A stretch of 64,000 bases of DNA from an uncultured Actinomycetes bacterium (GCA_902826025.1 CADEDH010000010.1:55146-119145), one strand, 5' to 3'. Positions 17,031 through 26,846 are shown, counted from the first letter of the stretch. Notes: generated by a model not told the origin, from the sequence alone. Translations and numbers: made by a program.

Positions 17031-19562
17031 CTATCTCGGCTCGGTGAACAGAACTGTCCGGTTCTCGATGAGCTGGTCGGTGGCGCAGAGCCCGACGGGG
17101 GTCAGACGCCCGTCCGGGACGCCGTACTCGGTAACGAGGATGTCATGTACGGCCTGGGCCCGCGCCGCCGACAGCTGGCAGTTGGCCTCCGGCGCCCCGT
17201 CCGGCGAGGCGTAGCCCTCGATGAGAACCTGCTCGGCCCGGGACGACGCGATGATCTCGGCGATCTGCTGCAATGCAGCGTCGAACTCCGGTGCCACTTC
17301 AGCTGAGCTCGGTTGGAACCGTACGCGCAGCGACTCGTCGTTGGCCTCACAGATCTCGCACAGTGTCTCGGCTCGAAGCTCCGACCTCTGGAGAGCCGGC
17401 CGGCCGTCGGGCCCCATCGTGTCGACGTAATAGAAGGCCTCGAAGGGGCGACCGTCGGCGGTGAACTCGTACGGCCCGCCGACACCGTCGTAGTCGATGT
17501 TCTGACCGCTATCGAGCAGTTGGAGGCAGTCGGCATAGGTCAGGCACCTCTGCCCTTCCGTCGTCACGCCGTTGATCTCGGGCGCCAGAGCAGCAGGGTC
17601 CGAGGAGTTGGCGGCGGCCGCGGCCAAGGCCAGGACGACGACCGCGTCGTAGGACTGGGCGTCGTAGCTCTCCAGCCGTTCCCCTGAGGCGATGTCCAAA
17701 CCGTCCCGGAGATGGGTGAGGGCCGGCCCGGTGGCTTCGGCTCCCACCGTTATCTGGTGGGCGCCGGCGAGAAGGCTGCTCCGATCGCCGAGGGCCTGGG
17801 CGATCTGGGAGTTGCCGTCGACCAGCCAGACCGAACCGAAATCGTAGGACAACTCGCTGAGGATCCCGGCAACATCGGCCGACTGCTGGTCGAACGCGAT
17901 GATCACGATCGCGTCGGGTCCGGCTTGCACCACCTCAGCGAGACGGGATCGGTCGATCTGATCCCGCAACCCGAAGCTGTACTCGGCGACAACACGGGGT
18001 CGAGCCTCGCCGCCTTCGAAGTTCTGCTCGAACTCGTCTTTGAGGGCCGAGCCGTAGGCGTCGTCGAGGTAGATCACGGCGGCTGCCGTCCGGCCGGCTT
18101 CCTTGATCTCCCGTGCCAGGAGCCGCCCCTGGATGGCGTCGGACGGAGCGGTACTGAAGCTGAGGTCGAGACTGTCGGCATCATCGAGGAGTGGCGAGGT
18201 GGCGTTGACCGAGAGTTCGATCACTCCTGCGCTGGTCACCTGCGACAGGATGTTGAGCGACGCCTCGGAACCGATGTTGGTTATCAGGGCATCGGGGCAG
18301 GTGCCGAGCAGCTCGGTGACTTCGTCGGGCGTCGGCTGGCTGGCCGTCGTCGTCTCCCGGTAGTCGATGGGGGGCCGGCCGTTCTCGGCGTTGACCGCGT
18401 TCACCTCATCGACGGCAACCTGGGCCGCACCGGCCCTGAAGTTGTCGCCCAACAACTCGCTGTCGAGGAACTGGATCGCCAGACCGTCTTCTCCGCCGGT
18501 GCATGCGGCGGCCGGGAGCACCGCCGCGGCGGCACCGTTGCCGCCGCCGCTGGTACCGGTCGGCGACCCGTCGGACCGGCCGTTGCCGAACAACAGGAAG
18601 GCCATCAGCACGAGCGAGAGGCCGGCGAACGCGGCCGCCGCCACGTACGGCCAGCGGGGTGGAGGTGGTGCGGCACCTCCGCCCGGCTGTGTCGGTTGCC
18701 GGCCGGCGACGACGAGACCTTTGAGCTCGATGCCGTTGCGCAACCTGCGCCCGTCGGGCGCCAGGCACTTGTCGATGATGCCGCGGGTCTCGTCGGGTAT
18801 GGCTGCGTCTATGTCGGGAATGCCTAGGAGCTGGTTCGTCTCGTCGGCGAAGGGGCGGCGGCCGGTCGCCGCCTCATGGAGCACGACGCCCAGGGACCAC
18901 AGGTCGGCGCTGGGGCGCACCGCCGGCGGTGCTTGGCCCGATCGAAGGGCCCGGACGAGCTCGGGCGTGGCGTAGTGCGGTGTTGCGCCGATGAGAGGGG
19001 CCCAGGTCAACGGGCCCATGCTCGCCGCCGTCTCCAGATCAGCCAGCTTCCATACCGTGCCGAACTTGAGGATGTTCGCCGGCTTGATGTCGCTGTGGAT
19101 CAGGTTGGCTCCGTGGAGCGCCACCACGCCCTCGATGAGGTCGTCCTGGAGCCTCGTGAGCGCAGCACCGTGAAGCTTGCCGTCGCGTCGGATCTGGTCG
19201 GCCAGGCTCTCGTCGCCGAGCTCATGGACGAGAACCACGCACGGCCCGGCATCCGGGGTTTCGGCCCTGAACGCGTCATAGGCCTGCACCACATTCGGCT
19301 CGTGGGCGACCGTTCTGGCCTTTTCGTATTCGGCGATCAGCCACTTCGCCGCCTCGGGGCTGGGAATGGGCGTGATCTTGAGAGCGGCCTCGGTGGGGAA
19401 CTCGTTGATCCTCAGGCCCGTGTACCGGATGTGGTAGACCGACGACGTGCCGCCGTCGGCGATGTGGGACAGGACCTGCCAGTTCTCGAACTGATGCCCG
19501 TCAGGCAGGTGAACCCTTCGGTAGCTGGGAACCGTGGGCTGTGAGCCGTAGGTGCCCGTCAT
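17031..19562 (-). CDS. Ser/Thr protein kinase, then a TM helix, an extracytoplasmic type-1 periplasmic-binding-protein (LivK-like) domain and a C-terminal OmpA-like domain
   Basis: Kinase: EAALKI (catalytic Lys), LIHSDIKPANIL, KLADLE, ATPHYATPE. TM: WPYVAAAAFAGLSLVLMAFLLF. The PBP1-like region is about 350 aa. C-terminus: IEGYASPDGAPEANCQLSAARAQAVHDILVTEYGVPDGRLTPVGL (OmpA_C pattern). Start at the ATG at 19562. Confidence 0.8.
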   Translation of the reverse strand: MTGTYGSQPTVPSYRRVHLPDGHQFENWQVLSHIADGGTSSVYHIRYTGLRINEFPTEAALKITPIPSPEAAKWLIAEYEKARTVAHEPNVVQAYDAFRAETPDAGPCVVLVHELGDESLADQIRRDGKLHGAALTRLQDDLIEGVVALHGANLIHSDIKPANILKFGTVWKLADLETAASMGPLTWAPLIGATPHYATPELVRALRSGQAPPAVRPSADLWSLGVVLHEAATGRRPFADETNQLLGIPDIDAAIPDETRGIIDKCLAPDGRRLRNGIELKGLVVAGRQPTQPGGGAAPPPPRWPYVAAAAFAGLSLVLMAFLLFGNGRSDGSPTGTSGGGNGAAAAVLPAAACTGGEDGLAIQFLDSELLGDNFRAGAAQVAVDEVNAVNAENGRPPIDYRETTTASQPTPDEVTELLGTCPDALITNIGSEASLNILSQVTSAGVIELSVNATSPLLDDADSLDLSFSTAPSDAIQGRLLAREIKEAGRTAAAVIYLDDAYGSALKDEFEQNFEGGEARPRVVAEYSFGLRDQIDRSRLAEVVQAGPDAIVIIAFDQQSADVAGILSELSYDFGSVWLVDGNSQIAQALGDRSSLLAGAHQITVGAEATGPALTHLRDGLDIASGERLESYDAQSYDAVVVLALAAAAANSSDPAALAPEINGVTTEGQRCLTYADCLQLLDSGQNIDYDGVGGPYEFTADGRPFEAFYYVDTMGPDGRPALQRSELRAETLCEICEANDESLRVRFQPSSAEVAPEFDAALQQIAEIIASSRAEQVLIEGYASPDGAPEANCQLSAARAQAVHDILVTEYGVPDGRLTPVGLCATDQLIENRTVLFTEPR

Positions 19563-19656
19563 GGCCGGGAGTCTACAGTGCAGTGGAAGCATCGTGGATC
19601 AGGGTCCTGCACCCCATCCGGTCGACAGGGGAAGTGCCCCGGGATCACCAGGCGCG

Positions 19657-19866
19657 CTAGTGGCCGCTGCGGCACCTGGCGCAGTTGTCGGCGCTGATCT
19701 CGACGTGGGCCGAGCGGTAGTGGACGCCGTCGATGGGGGCACCCGCCGGTTGGTCCCGGTATGTGGCCCTGGCCCACTCCTGCGACCCGTGTGTGCGACC
19801 CTCGTCGGGGGACGAGCGATCAGCGACCCACTCGAACGATCGGACATCGGCTGCCATCGGCGCCAC
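19657..19866 (-). CDS. Small hypothetical protein (69 aa)
   Basis: The ORF has G+C-rich third positions and a non-repetitive composition (…FEWVADRSSPDEGRTHGSQEWARATYRDQPAG…CARCRSGH). No family recognised. Confidence 0.3.
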   Translation of the reverse strand: MAPMAADVRSFEWVADRSSPDEGRTHGSQEWARATYRDQPAGAPIDGVHYRSAHVEISADNCARCRSGH

Positions 19867-19916
19867 TGGTCACGACTTCAGGGGTGGGGCGGACCGCCGG
19901 CCCCGGGCGGGGGCGG

Positions 19917-20780
19917 TCACACGTCGAGGCGGAATCCCCCGTCGCCGAGGTTCACCAGCCGGCCGGCGGTGGGCTCGGGGAAGTGGGTGCCGATGACGAG
20001 CGCGCCGGACTCGGCCCAGCGAGTGAACGCCTCGCGTCGGCTGGCCCGCGACTGGGTCTGGTCGGAGTCGACAACGGCGGCGAGCTCGGGGTCGGCGATC
20101 TGCATAGGTGAGTGCACCATGTCGCCGGTTATGACCGCCCGTTCGCCGGCCGACTCGACGATGAGCGAGATGTGTCCGGGGGTGTGCCCCGGGGTCGACT
20201 CGAACCACACGTGCTCGCTGATCCGGTGGTCGACGGCCACGAGGTCGGCCAGGCCGGCGTCATGGATCGGGGCCACCGAGTCGCCGAACACGTCGTCGCC
20301 GAAGAGGTCGGGGGTGGTCTTCCAGTGCTCGTATTCGGGCCGGGCGAACAGGTACCGGGCGTTGGTGAACGTCGGAACCCAGTTGCCGTCGACCAGGCGG
20401 GTGTTCCAGCCGACGTGGTCGACGTGGAGGTGGGTGCAGACCACCTCGGTGATCGACTCCGGCGGGTAGCCGGCGGCGGTGAGATCGTCCAGGAACGGGA
20501 GCTGGAGGTTGTTCCAGTCGGGGCTGTGACGCGGCTTGTCGTTGCCGACGCAGGTGTCGACGGCGATGCGGTGCCCGCCGACGTCGACCACGAGGCACTG
20601 GATGCGCAGCAGGAGAAAGCCCTCGTCGGTGACGAAATGGGGGCGGAGCCAACCGGCGGCCTCGGCCCGGGCCAGCACGTCCTGCTTGCTGACGCCCTCG
20701 AACAGGAACCTCGGTGAGGTCGGTGCCTGGCTCTCGAGGATCGAGGTGATAGTCGCCTCGCCGACCTTCCACTGCAGCAT
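19917..20780 (-). CDS. Metallo-beta-lactamase-fold hydrolase (lactonase-like)
   Basis: VVCTHLHVDHVGWN (HxHxDH), TPGHTPGH and a C-terminal His. 287 aa. Confidence 0.85.
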   Translation of the reverse strand: MLQWKVGEATITSILESQAPTSPRFLFEGVSKQDVLARAEAAGWLRPHFVTDEGFLLLRIQCLVVDVGGHRIAVDTCVGNDKPRHSPDWNNLQLPFLDDLTAAGYPPESITEVVCTHLHVDHVGWNTRLVDGNWVPTFTNARYLFARPEYEHWKTTPDLFGDDVFGDSVAPIHDAGLADLVAVDHRISEHVWFESTPGHTPGHISLIVESAGERAVITGDMVHSPMQIADPELAAVVDSDQTQSRASRREAFTRWAESGALVIGTHFPEPTAGRLVNLGDGGFRLDV

Positions 20781-20901
20781 GCCTGTGTGCCTCCTCCGGC
20801 CGATCGGCGCCAGATCGTGTCCTGTGGCACCGGCCGCTTACGCTAGCGCTCGGCGCCAGCGCGTAAGGAAACGGCTGGTCAGGCCAGAGGAGAGGGACCA
20901 C

Positions 20902-22041
20902 ATGCGCATCGGACTGTTCCATCCGAACGCCCGCTCGATCCACGCCATGTCGCCCGAGATGCTGGCCCGCTGTGCCGACCCGCTCGACATCGACGACCAG
21001 GTCGCCATCGCCCGGGCGGCGGAGGAGGTGGGCCTCGACTACCTGTTCATGGCCGATGCCTGGGGCCGCTACGGGCCCCGGTCGACGGCCATGGGTCTGC
21101 AGGATCCGATCCTGCTGCCGCCGATCCTGGCCGCCGCGCTGGTGCCGGTCACCTCGCGCATCGGGCTGATCACCACCGTCCACACCAGCTACTTCTCGCC
21201 GCTCGTGGTGGCCCGTATGGGCGCCGCGCTCGACGCGCTGAGCCGGGGACGGTGGGGCATCAACGTGGTGACGGGGGCGGGGATGGCCGAGGACCTGTTG
21301 GTCCAGACTGGCGCTCAGCCCACCCACGACGGGCGGTACGAGCGGGCCGAGGAGTTCGTCGAGGTGCTGGTGCGGGCCTGGTCGGGCCGGCCCTTCGAGT
21401 TCCACGGATCGCACTTCGACCTCGCCGGCGACCTGGTGGGGCCGGCCACCGCGCAGCAGCCCCGCCCCCTCGTCGTCAGCGCCGGGGCGTCGGTAGCCGG
21501 CCAGCGTTTCGCCGGCCGCTACAGCGACATGGTGTTCATGCCGGGGCGCACGCCGCTCGACACCTGTCGGGAGCGGATGGACGGCATCCGGGCCGAGGCC
21601 GAGCGGGCCGGGCGCAGCGGGGACGACGTGCGCCTGCAGATGCACGCCAGCATCGTGGTGCGGGCCAGCGGTGCCGAGGCGCGAGAGTTCGCCGAGGAGT
21701 TGGCGGCCGGCGTCGACGTGGAGGCGGTGGCCGAGTACCTCAGTGGTATCCGCAGCAACATCTCCACCTACGACGACATCTACGCCGAGATGGGCGAGCT
21801 GCAGCTCCGCCAGATCGGTTCGGTGGCCGGGGCCCGCCAGATCGTCGGCGACCCGGGCGAGGTCGCCGACCAGATCGAGCTGCTGAACACCGAGTTCGGC
21901 TGCGACGGGGTGGCGATCACACTCCCGCTGTGGCAACCGGACGAGGTCCGGCGGGTGGGCGGGCTGCTGTTGCCCGAGCTGGAGCGCCGGGGCCTGTGGG
22001 CCCGCCGAGATACCGGATCGCCGGAATCACGGGGCGAGTAG
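20902..22041 (+). CDS. LLM-class flavin-dependent monooxygenase (NtaA/SnaA/DszA-like)
   Basis: MRIGLFHPNARS...LDYLFMADAWG...RIGLITTVHTSYFSPLVVARMGAALDALSRGRWGINVVTG. Confidence 0.8.
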   Translation: MRIGLFHPNARSIHAMSPEMLARCADPLDIDDQVAIARAAEEVGLDYLFMADAWGRYGPRSTAMGLQDPILLPPILAAALVPVTSRIGLITTVHTSYFSPLVVARMGAALDALSRGRWGINVVTGAGMAEDLLVQTGAQPTHDGRYERAEEFVEVLVRAWSGRPFEFHGSHFDLAGDLVGPATAQQPRPLVVSAGASVAGQRFAGRYSDMVFMPGRTPLDTCRERMDGIRAEAERAGRSGDDVRLQMHASIVVRASGAEAREFAEELAAGVDVEAVAEYLSGIRSNISTYDDIYAEMGELQLRQIGSVAGARQIVGDPGEVADQIELLNTEFGCDGVAITLPLWQPDEVRRVGGLLLPELERRGLWARRDTGSPESRGE

Positions 22042-22620
22042 CCGATCGACCGTGTCGAGGAGCATTCGGCGCTGACCGGCGGCGGTGAACGTCGCCTCGG
22101 TGGCGAGGCGGCCGAGGAAGCCGTCGAGTACGAGCAGCACCCAGCTGGTGAGCGTCGGGGCCGAGACGTCGGTTCGCACCTGGCCCGCCTGCTGGGCCCG
22201 GCGGATCCAGATGCGCAGGCTGCGGCGCTGTGCCTCATCGTCGGCGGCCAGGGCGGCGGCGATGGCGGGTTCGCTCATCACGGCGCCGACCGCGCGGACA
22301 AAGCCCGGCACTCGTGGATCGCCCACGTCATCGGCGGTGTGGCGCACCCAGTCGCGCACCACCTGCGCTGGGTCGGACCGGCCGGTCTGGGCGGCGAACC
22401 AGTCGTTGGTCTCCCGGGTGCCGTACTCCAGGATCGCCAGCAGGAGGGCCGCCTTGGTCGGAAAGTAGTGGAAGAACGTGCCCGACCCGATCCCCGCATG
22501 ACGGCTGATCCTCGCCGTCGTGGCCCCCTCGTATCCGAGTTCGGCGAAGCAGGTCAGTCCGGCGTCGATGATGGCGAGCCGGCGTTGCTCGTGCTTCTCG
22601 GGATCAACCGTGCGGGCCAC
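22027..22620 (-). CDS. TetR-family transcriptional regulator
   Basis: The N-terminal HTH reads RRLAIIDAGLTCFAELGYEGATTARISRHAGIGSGTFFHYFPTKAALL. Its 3' end overlaps the convergent LLM gene by 15 nt. Confidence 0.9.
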   Translation of the reverse strand: MARTVDPEKHEQRRLAIIDAGLTCFAELGYEGATTARISRHAGIGSGTFFHYFPTKAALLLAILEYGTRETNDWFAAQTGRSDPAQVVRDWVRHTADDVGDPRVPGFVRAVGAVMSEPAIAAALAADDEAQRRSLRIWIRRAQQAGQVRTDVSAPTLTSWVLLVLDGFLGRLATEATFTAAGQRRMLLDTVDRLLAP

Positions 22621-22672
22621 GGCTCCGGTCTCCTCTCGACCCTTTTATTAGAGCAGTCACTCGGGTATTGTA

Positions 22673-23755
22673 GTGGGTGTGTCCACCGACGCTGTCATGG
22701 CCCAACCTCGCCGGCGGGGACCGGTGCTCGGTGTGCTGCTCGGTGCTCCGGTCTCGGCCGAGCTGGTGCAGGGCTACCTCGATGTCACGGGCGATCTCGC
22801 CGGGTCGCTCTTCCTGGTCGTGTTCCTGGCCCCGCTGTATGGGGGCGCCGCCCTGGTGATCCGTGAGGTGGCTGTCCGCACCGGACGCGGCTGGCCGGGG
22901 ATCCTGGCGCTGTCGTGGGCCTTCGGCGTCGCGATGCCCGGCCTGATCGATCTCTCACTCTTTGCTGAGCACCGCCCCGATGTGCGTGGGTGGGAGGAAC
23001 TCTGGTCGCCTACGGCGGCTGGCGGCGTGAGCTGGCATCCGGCATTCACGTGGTCGGCGGCCCACGTCGTGATGAGCATCGGGGTGCCGCTGGCCCTGCT
23101 CGACGCCCTCGCCCCCTCCACTCGAGGCCGCTCGCTGCTGGGGTGGAAGGGCGTGGTCGCCCTCGGCGTCTCCTGTGTCGGGGTGGCGGCTCTGATCCGC
23201 CGTGACGCGGCGCCGGGCTCGGTGCCGACACCGCAACAGACCGTATGTGTGCTTGTGGTGGTCGGTCTACTGGTTGCGCTGGCGCTGTCTCCATTCGGCC
23301 GGTCGATGGGTAGAAGGTATGACGGGCGCCGCACGTCGACCGCGTCGGTGGGCCTGGCCGGCCTGGTCGGCTTCGCCGTGATGGCATCTCTCGACTTCCC
23401 GCCTCCCACCTGGGCCGGCCTCGGGCTGGCGGTCGTCTTGACCCTCTCCCTCGGCGGCGCCATCGCCGGTGCCGCCCGCTTCCGCCCCTGGGGTACGGTC
23501 CATGTCACTTCCCTGGCCTGCGGGGCATTGGTGGAGCGCACCCTGGTCGGTTGCCTCAGCCCGCTGCCACCCGGTGTCGGGCCCTCGGCCAAGCTGGTGC
23601 AGGCGGCGATCGTGCTCGCCGGCGTGGCGACCGTCTCCGCTCTGGCGGTGCGCCGCTCCGCCGCCGGAGCCCCCGGGCCCGGGCTGGAAGAGGTCGGATC
23701 GGCAGGATCGAGTGGTCGGCTTCGACCGGCGCGTCGATCAGCGTCGGCGGGGTGA
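22673..23755 (+). CDS. Polytopic membrane protein, unknown function, divergent from the TetR gene
   Basis: About 9 hydrophobic segments. The start is uncertain (GTG at 22673 or ATG at 22697). Confidence 0.55.
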   Translation: MGVSTDAVMAQPRRRGPVLGVLLGAPVSAELVQGYLDVTGDLAGSLFLVVFLAPLYGGAALVIREVAVRTGRGWPGILALSWAFGVAMPGLIDLSLFAEHRPDVRGWEELWSPTAAGGVSWHPAFTWSAAHVVMSIGVPLALLDALAPSTRGRSLLGWKGVVALGVSCVGVAALIRRDAAPGSVPTPQQTVCVLVVVGLLVALALSPFGRSMGRRYDGRRTSTASVGLAGLVGFAVMASLDFPPPTWAGLGLAVVLTLSLGGAIAGAARFRPWGTVHVTSLACGALVERTLVGCLSPLPPGVGPSAKLVQAAIVLAGVATVSALAVRRSAAGAPGPGLEEVGSAGSSGRLRPARRSASAG

Positions 23756-24802
23756 TCGGCGTAGGGGGGCGGTGGCGAACTCGGCCATGCCCTCAGCCAG
23801 GAGTACCGACGGGCGGTAGCCGAGCGTCTCGACGGCCCGTTCGATCGAGGCCGTCACGTGGCGCACGTCGCCCAGCCGGTAGCCACCCACCACCTCCGGC
23901 CGTAGGCCCTCGCCGTGGGCGGCAGCCAGCGCCTCTGCCATCTCCAGCAGGGTGGAAGGCCGGCCACTGGCCACGTTGAAGGTCCCGCCGACCCCTTGGG
24001 GTGTCACCAGGGCGAGTCGGTTGGCTTCGGCCACGTCCTTCACGTGGACGAAGTCGCGTCGCTGTCCGCCGTCCTCGAACAGTCGGGGAGCGGTCCCCTT
24101 GGCCAACGCGGTCCGGAAGATGCTGGCCACACCGGCATAGGGGGTATCGGATGGCATCCGGGGCCCGTAGACGTTGTGGTAGCGGAGCGCGGTCACGGTC
24201 ACACCGGGATGTTCCCGAGCGAAGGTCCGACAGAGGTACTCCTGCTGGACCTTGGTGGCGGCGTACACGTTGCGGGGATCAAGGGGGGCGTCCTCGGTCA
24301 CCATCGCCGGCTTCAGGGGCTCGTCGCATCGGGGGCACCGGGGTTCGTATCGCCCTGCCTCCAGGTCGTCGACAGACCGGGGGGGCGGACGTACGACCTC
24401 GTGTTCGGCGCAGGTGTAGGCCCCCTCGCCGTAGACGACCATGCTCGATGCCAACACGATCCGGCCGCTGAACCGGAGCTCGTGGGCCACGGCCAGGCCC
24501 ACTGCGGTCCCCAGATCGTTGCTGGCCACGTAGGCCGGCGCGTCGGCGAAGTCCACTCCCAACCCCACCTTCGATGCCTGGTGGCAGACGGCGTCACATC
24601 CGGGCAGCGCAGCGCGCCACACGCTGGCATCGGTCACGTCGCCCCACCGGTAGTCGACGTCGGCTCTCAACCAGTCGGGCCGGCCATCGTGGGCTTCTGG
24701 ATCGAGGTTGTCGATCACGACGACCTCGTGGCCCTCATCGGTCAGGGAGTCCACCACGAACGAGCCGATGAAACCGGCACCACCGGTGACCAGGATGCGC
24801 AT
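23738..24802 (-). CDS. NAD-dependent sugar-nucleotide epimerase/dehydratase (extended SDR) with a Cys-rich insertion
   Basis: MRILVTGGAGFIGS, YAATK (YxxxK). Insertion: YTCAEHEVVRPPP...RCPRCDEPLKP. Confidence 0.85.
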   Translation of the reverse strand: MRILVTGGAGFIGSFVVDSLTDEGHEVVVIDNLDPEAHDGRPDWLRADVDYRWGDVTDASVWRAALPGCDAVCHQASKVGLGVDFADAPAYVASNDLGTAVGLAVAHELRFSGRIVLASSMVVYGEGAYTCAEHEVVRPPPRSVDDLEAGRYEPRCPRCDEPLKPAMVTEDAPLDPRNVYAATKVQQEYLCRTFAREHPGVTVTALRYHNVYGPRMPSDTPYAGVASIFRTALAKGTAPRLFEDGGQRRDFVHVKDVAEANRLALVTPQGVGGTFNVASGRPSTLLEMAEALAAAHGEGLRPEVVGGYRLGDVRHVTASIERAVETLGYRPSVLLAEGMAEFATAPLRRSPRRR

Positions 24803-24903
24803 TGGCGGAGTCTGGCTGCCCCGAGCGGTGGAACGGTGCTGTTTTCAGAAAGTTAAGGGACGTCATCGTTCACATCGTCGGTTCCTGAGGCCAGGATGGG
24901 CTG

Positions 24904-25599
24904 GTGATCGATGTCGTGCTTCCCGCCCTGAACGAGGCTGCCGCCCTGCCCGCTCTGCTCGAAGCCTTTCCTCCGGGATTCCGGGGCATCGTTGTCGACA
25001 ACGGCTCGACCGACGGCACGGCCGATGTGGCCACCGCTAATGGCGCGGTCGTGGTGAGTGAGGCCCGCCGGGGTTTCGGGGCCGCCTGTTGGAAGGGCCT
25101 GGAGACGGCCGAGAGCGACGTCGTGTGCTTCATGGACGCCGACGGGAGCTTTGATCCGCTCGAGCTGCCGGCGCTGGTGGCACCTCTGCTCGACGGCCGG
25201 GCCCGCCTCGTCCTGGGCGCCCGTCAAGCCGAGCGGGGGGCGTGGCCGTTCCATGCCCGTCTGGCCAACCGGGCCCTGGCGTTCGAGCTTCGGCGCCGTG
25301 GTCGGGTCGGGCTCCGCGATCTCGGCCCGATGCGGGCTGCCCGCCGGGCCGACCTGCTGGGGCTGGGGATCGACGACCGCCGGTCCGGCTGGCCGTTGGA
25401 GATGGTGCTGCGGGCGGCGGCGGCCGGCTGGCCGATCGAAGAGATCCCGGTTTCCTACCGGCCCCGCGTCGGCCGGTCGAAGGTGACCGGCACTCTCCGG
25501 GGCACGGTGCAGGCGGTGGGCGACATGTCTCGGATCTTGCGGACCATTCCAACTGCGATCCCGGGCAGCTCATCGGCCCCGCCCTCGGTGGCGTCGTGA
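24904..25599 (+). CDS. Family 2 glycosyltransferase (polyprenol-phosphate sugar synthase-like)
   Basis: IDVVLPALNEA...IVVDNGSTDGT...VCFMDADGSFDP. GTG start. Confidence 0.8.
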   Translation: MIDVVLPALNEAAALPALLEAFPPGFRGIVVDNGSTDGTADVATANGAVVVSEARRGFGAACWKGLETAESDVVCFMDADGSFDPLELPALVAPLLDGRARLVLGARQAERGAWPFHARLANRALAFELRRRGRVGLRDLGPMRAARRADLLGLGIDDRRSGWPLEMVLRAAAAGWPIEEIPVSYRPRVGRSKVTGTLRGTVQAVGDMSRILRTIPTAIPGSSSAPPSVAS

Positions 25600-26192
25600 A
25601 CCCGCCCCCCGGCGAGTCGCTGGACGATCTGGTCACCGCCCCCTGGGTCCGCCGATCCCGCCGTCCGGTCTACGCCAATCGCTGGATCGAGGTCGTGGAG
25701 GACGTGGTCGCCCTGCCCAACGGACGGGAGACGATCTACGGGGTGGTGCAGTGCGGCCCCTGCGTGGGCGTGCTGCCGTTCGTCGACGACGACCACGTGG
25801 TCCTGGTCCAGCAGTACCGCTACGTGGCCGGCCATCCGACCTGGGAGATGCCGACCGGCGGGGTCCATCCCGGCGAGCCGCTGGAAGAAGCGGCCCGGCG
25901 GGAGCTGGCCGAGGAGGCCAGCCTGGCCTGCAACGAGCTCGTACCAATCAGCCGATTCCACACGTCGAAGAGCGTGGTCGATGAGACCGCCCATCTCTAT
26001 GTCGCCCGGGGCCTGGTACCCGCCCAGGCCGAGCCCGACGAGACCGAACTGGTCCGCACCGCCGTCCGACCCTTCCCCGAGGTCCTGGAGCAGGTGCTGG
26101 CGGGTGACATCACCGACTCCATGACCGTCATCGCAGTGCTCACCGCCCACCACCTCAGAACCCGGGGTCGGCTGTGGACCGCGACGGGCTGA
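25596..26192 (+). CDS. NUDIX hydrolase
   Basis: Nudix box GGVHPGEPLEEAARRELAEEASL. The GTG at 25596 overlaps the GT2 stop by 4 nt (GTGA). Confidence 0.8.
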   Translation: MNPPPGESLDDLVTAPWVRRSRRPVYANRWIEVVEDVVALPNGRETIYGVVQCGPCVGVLPFVDDDHVVLVQQYRYVAGHPTWEMPTGGVHPGEPLEEAARRELAEEASLACNELVPISRFHTSKSVVDETAHLYVARGLVPAQAEPDETELVRTAVRPFPEVLEQVLAGDITDSMTVIAVLTAHHLRTRGRLWTATG

Positions 26193-26830
26193 CGATCCCG
26201 TCCGCCCCGGCGGCCCTGCTCGTGATCGCCAAGGAGCCGGTGGCGGGACGGGCCAAAACCCGCCTGCAACCTCCGTTGACCCTGGCCCAGGCGGCACGGG
26301 TGGCGGAGGCGTGTCTGCTCGACACGCTGGCCGAGGCCGCCACGATCCGGGCTGGCCGCCGGGTGCTCGTCTTCGATGGCGACGCCGGGCGCTGGTGCCC
26401 GCCCGGCTGGGAGACCGTTCCCCAGCGGGGAGGGGCGCTGGGGGAGCGTCTGGGCAACGCCTTCACCGACGTCTCCGGGCCGGCTGTCGTCATCGCCATG
26501 GACACGCCCCAGCTGAGCGCCGCCAGCCTGCAACAGGCCCTGGAGGCCGTGACCGAACCGGGCACCGCCGTGATCGGGTTCACCGAGGACGGTGGCTACT
26601 GGCTCCTCGGGCTGCCGGCCGACCGGGATCCGGTTGCCGTGTTCGACGGGGTACCGATGAGCACGTCCCTCACCGGGGCGGCCCAACACCACCGCCTGGT
26701 GGAGATCGGCTACCGGGTGGTCGAGTTGGAGATCCTGCGTGACATCGACGACCACGCCGATCTGGTGGCGGTGGCCCCCCTCTGCGTCGGCCGCCGGCTC
26801 GGCGCGCTGATGCCGACGTTGTCATGCTGA
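26174..26830 (+). CDS. DUF2064 / TIGR04282-like nucleotide-diphospho-sugar transferase-fold protein
   Basis: LLVIAKEPVAGRAKTRLQPPL...VVIAMDTPQLS...GFTEDGGYWLLGL. Overlaps the NUDIX gene by 19 nt. Confidence 0.7.
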   Translation: MDRDGLTIPSAPAALLVIAKEPVAGRAKTRLQPPLTLAQAARVAEACLLDTLAEAATIRAGRRVLVFDGDAGRWCPPGWETVPQRGGALGERLGNAFTDVSGPAVVIAMDTPQLSAASLQQALEAVTEPGTAVIGFTEDGGYWLLGLPADRDPVAVFDGVPMSTSLTGAAQHHRLVEIGYRVVELEILRDIDDHADLVAVAPLCVGRRLGALMPTLSC

Positions 26831-26846
26831 GCGCCCCCGGTCGCCG

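Noticed and set aside
22621-22672. Search for a TetR operator palindrome in the TetR / membrane-protein divergent region.
   Set aside because: Only weak partial dyads were found (gagcag/tcactc). TATTGT at 22666-22671 is too close to the GTG at 22673 to serve as its -10 element. Nothing here is reportable.
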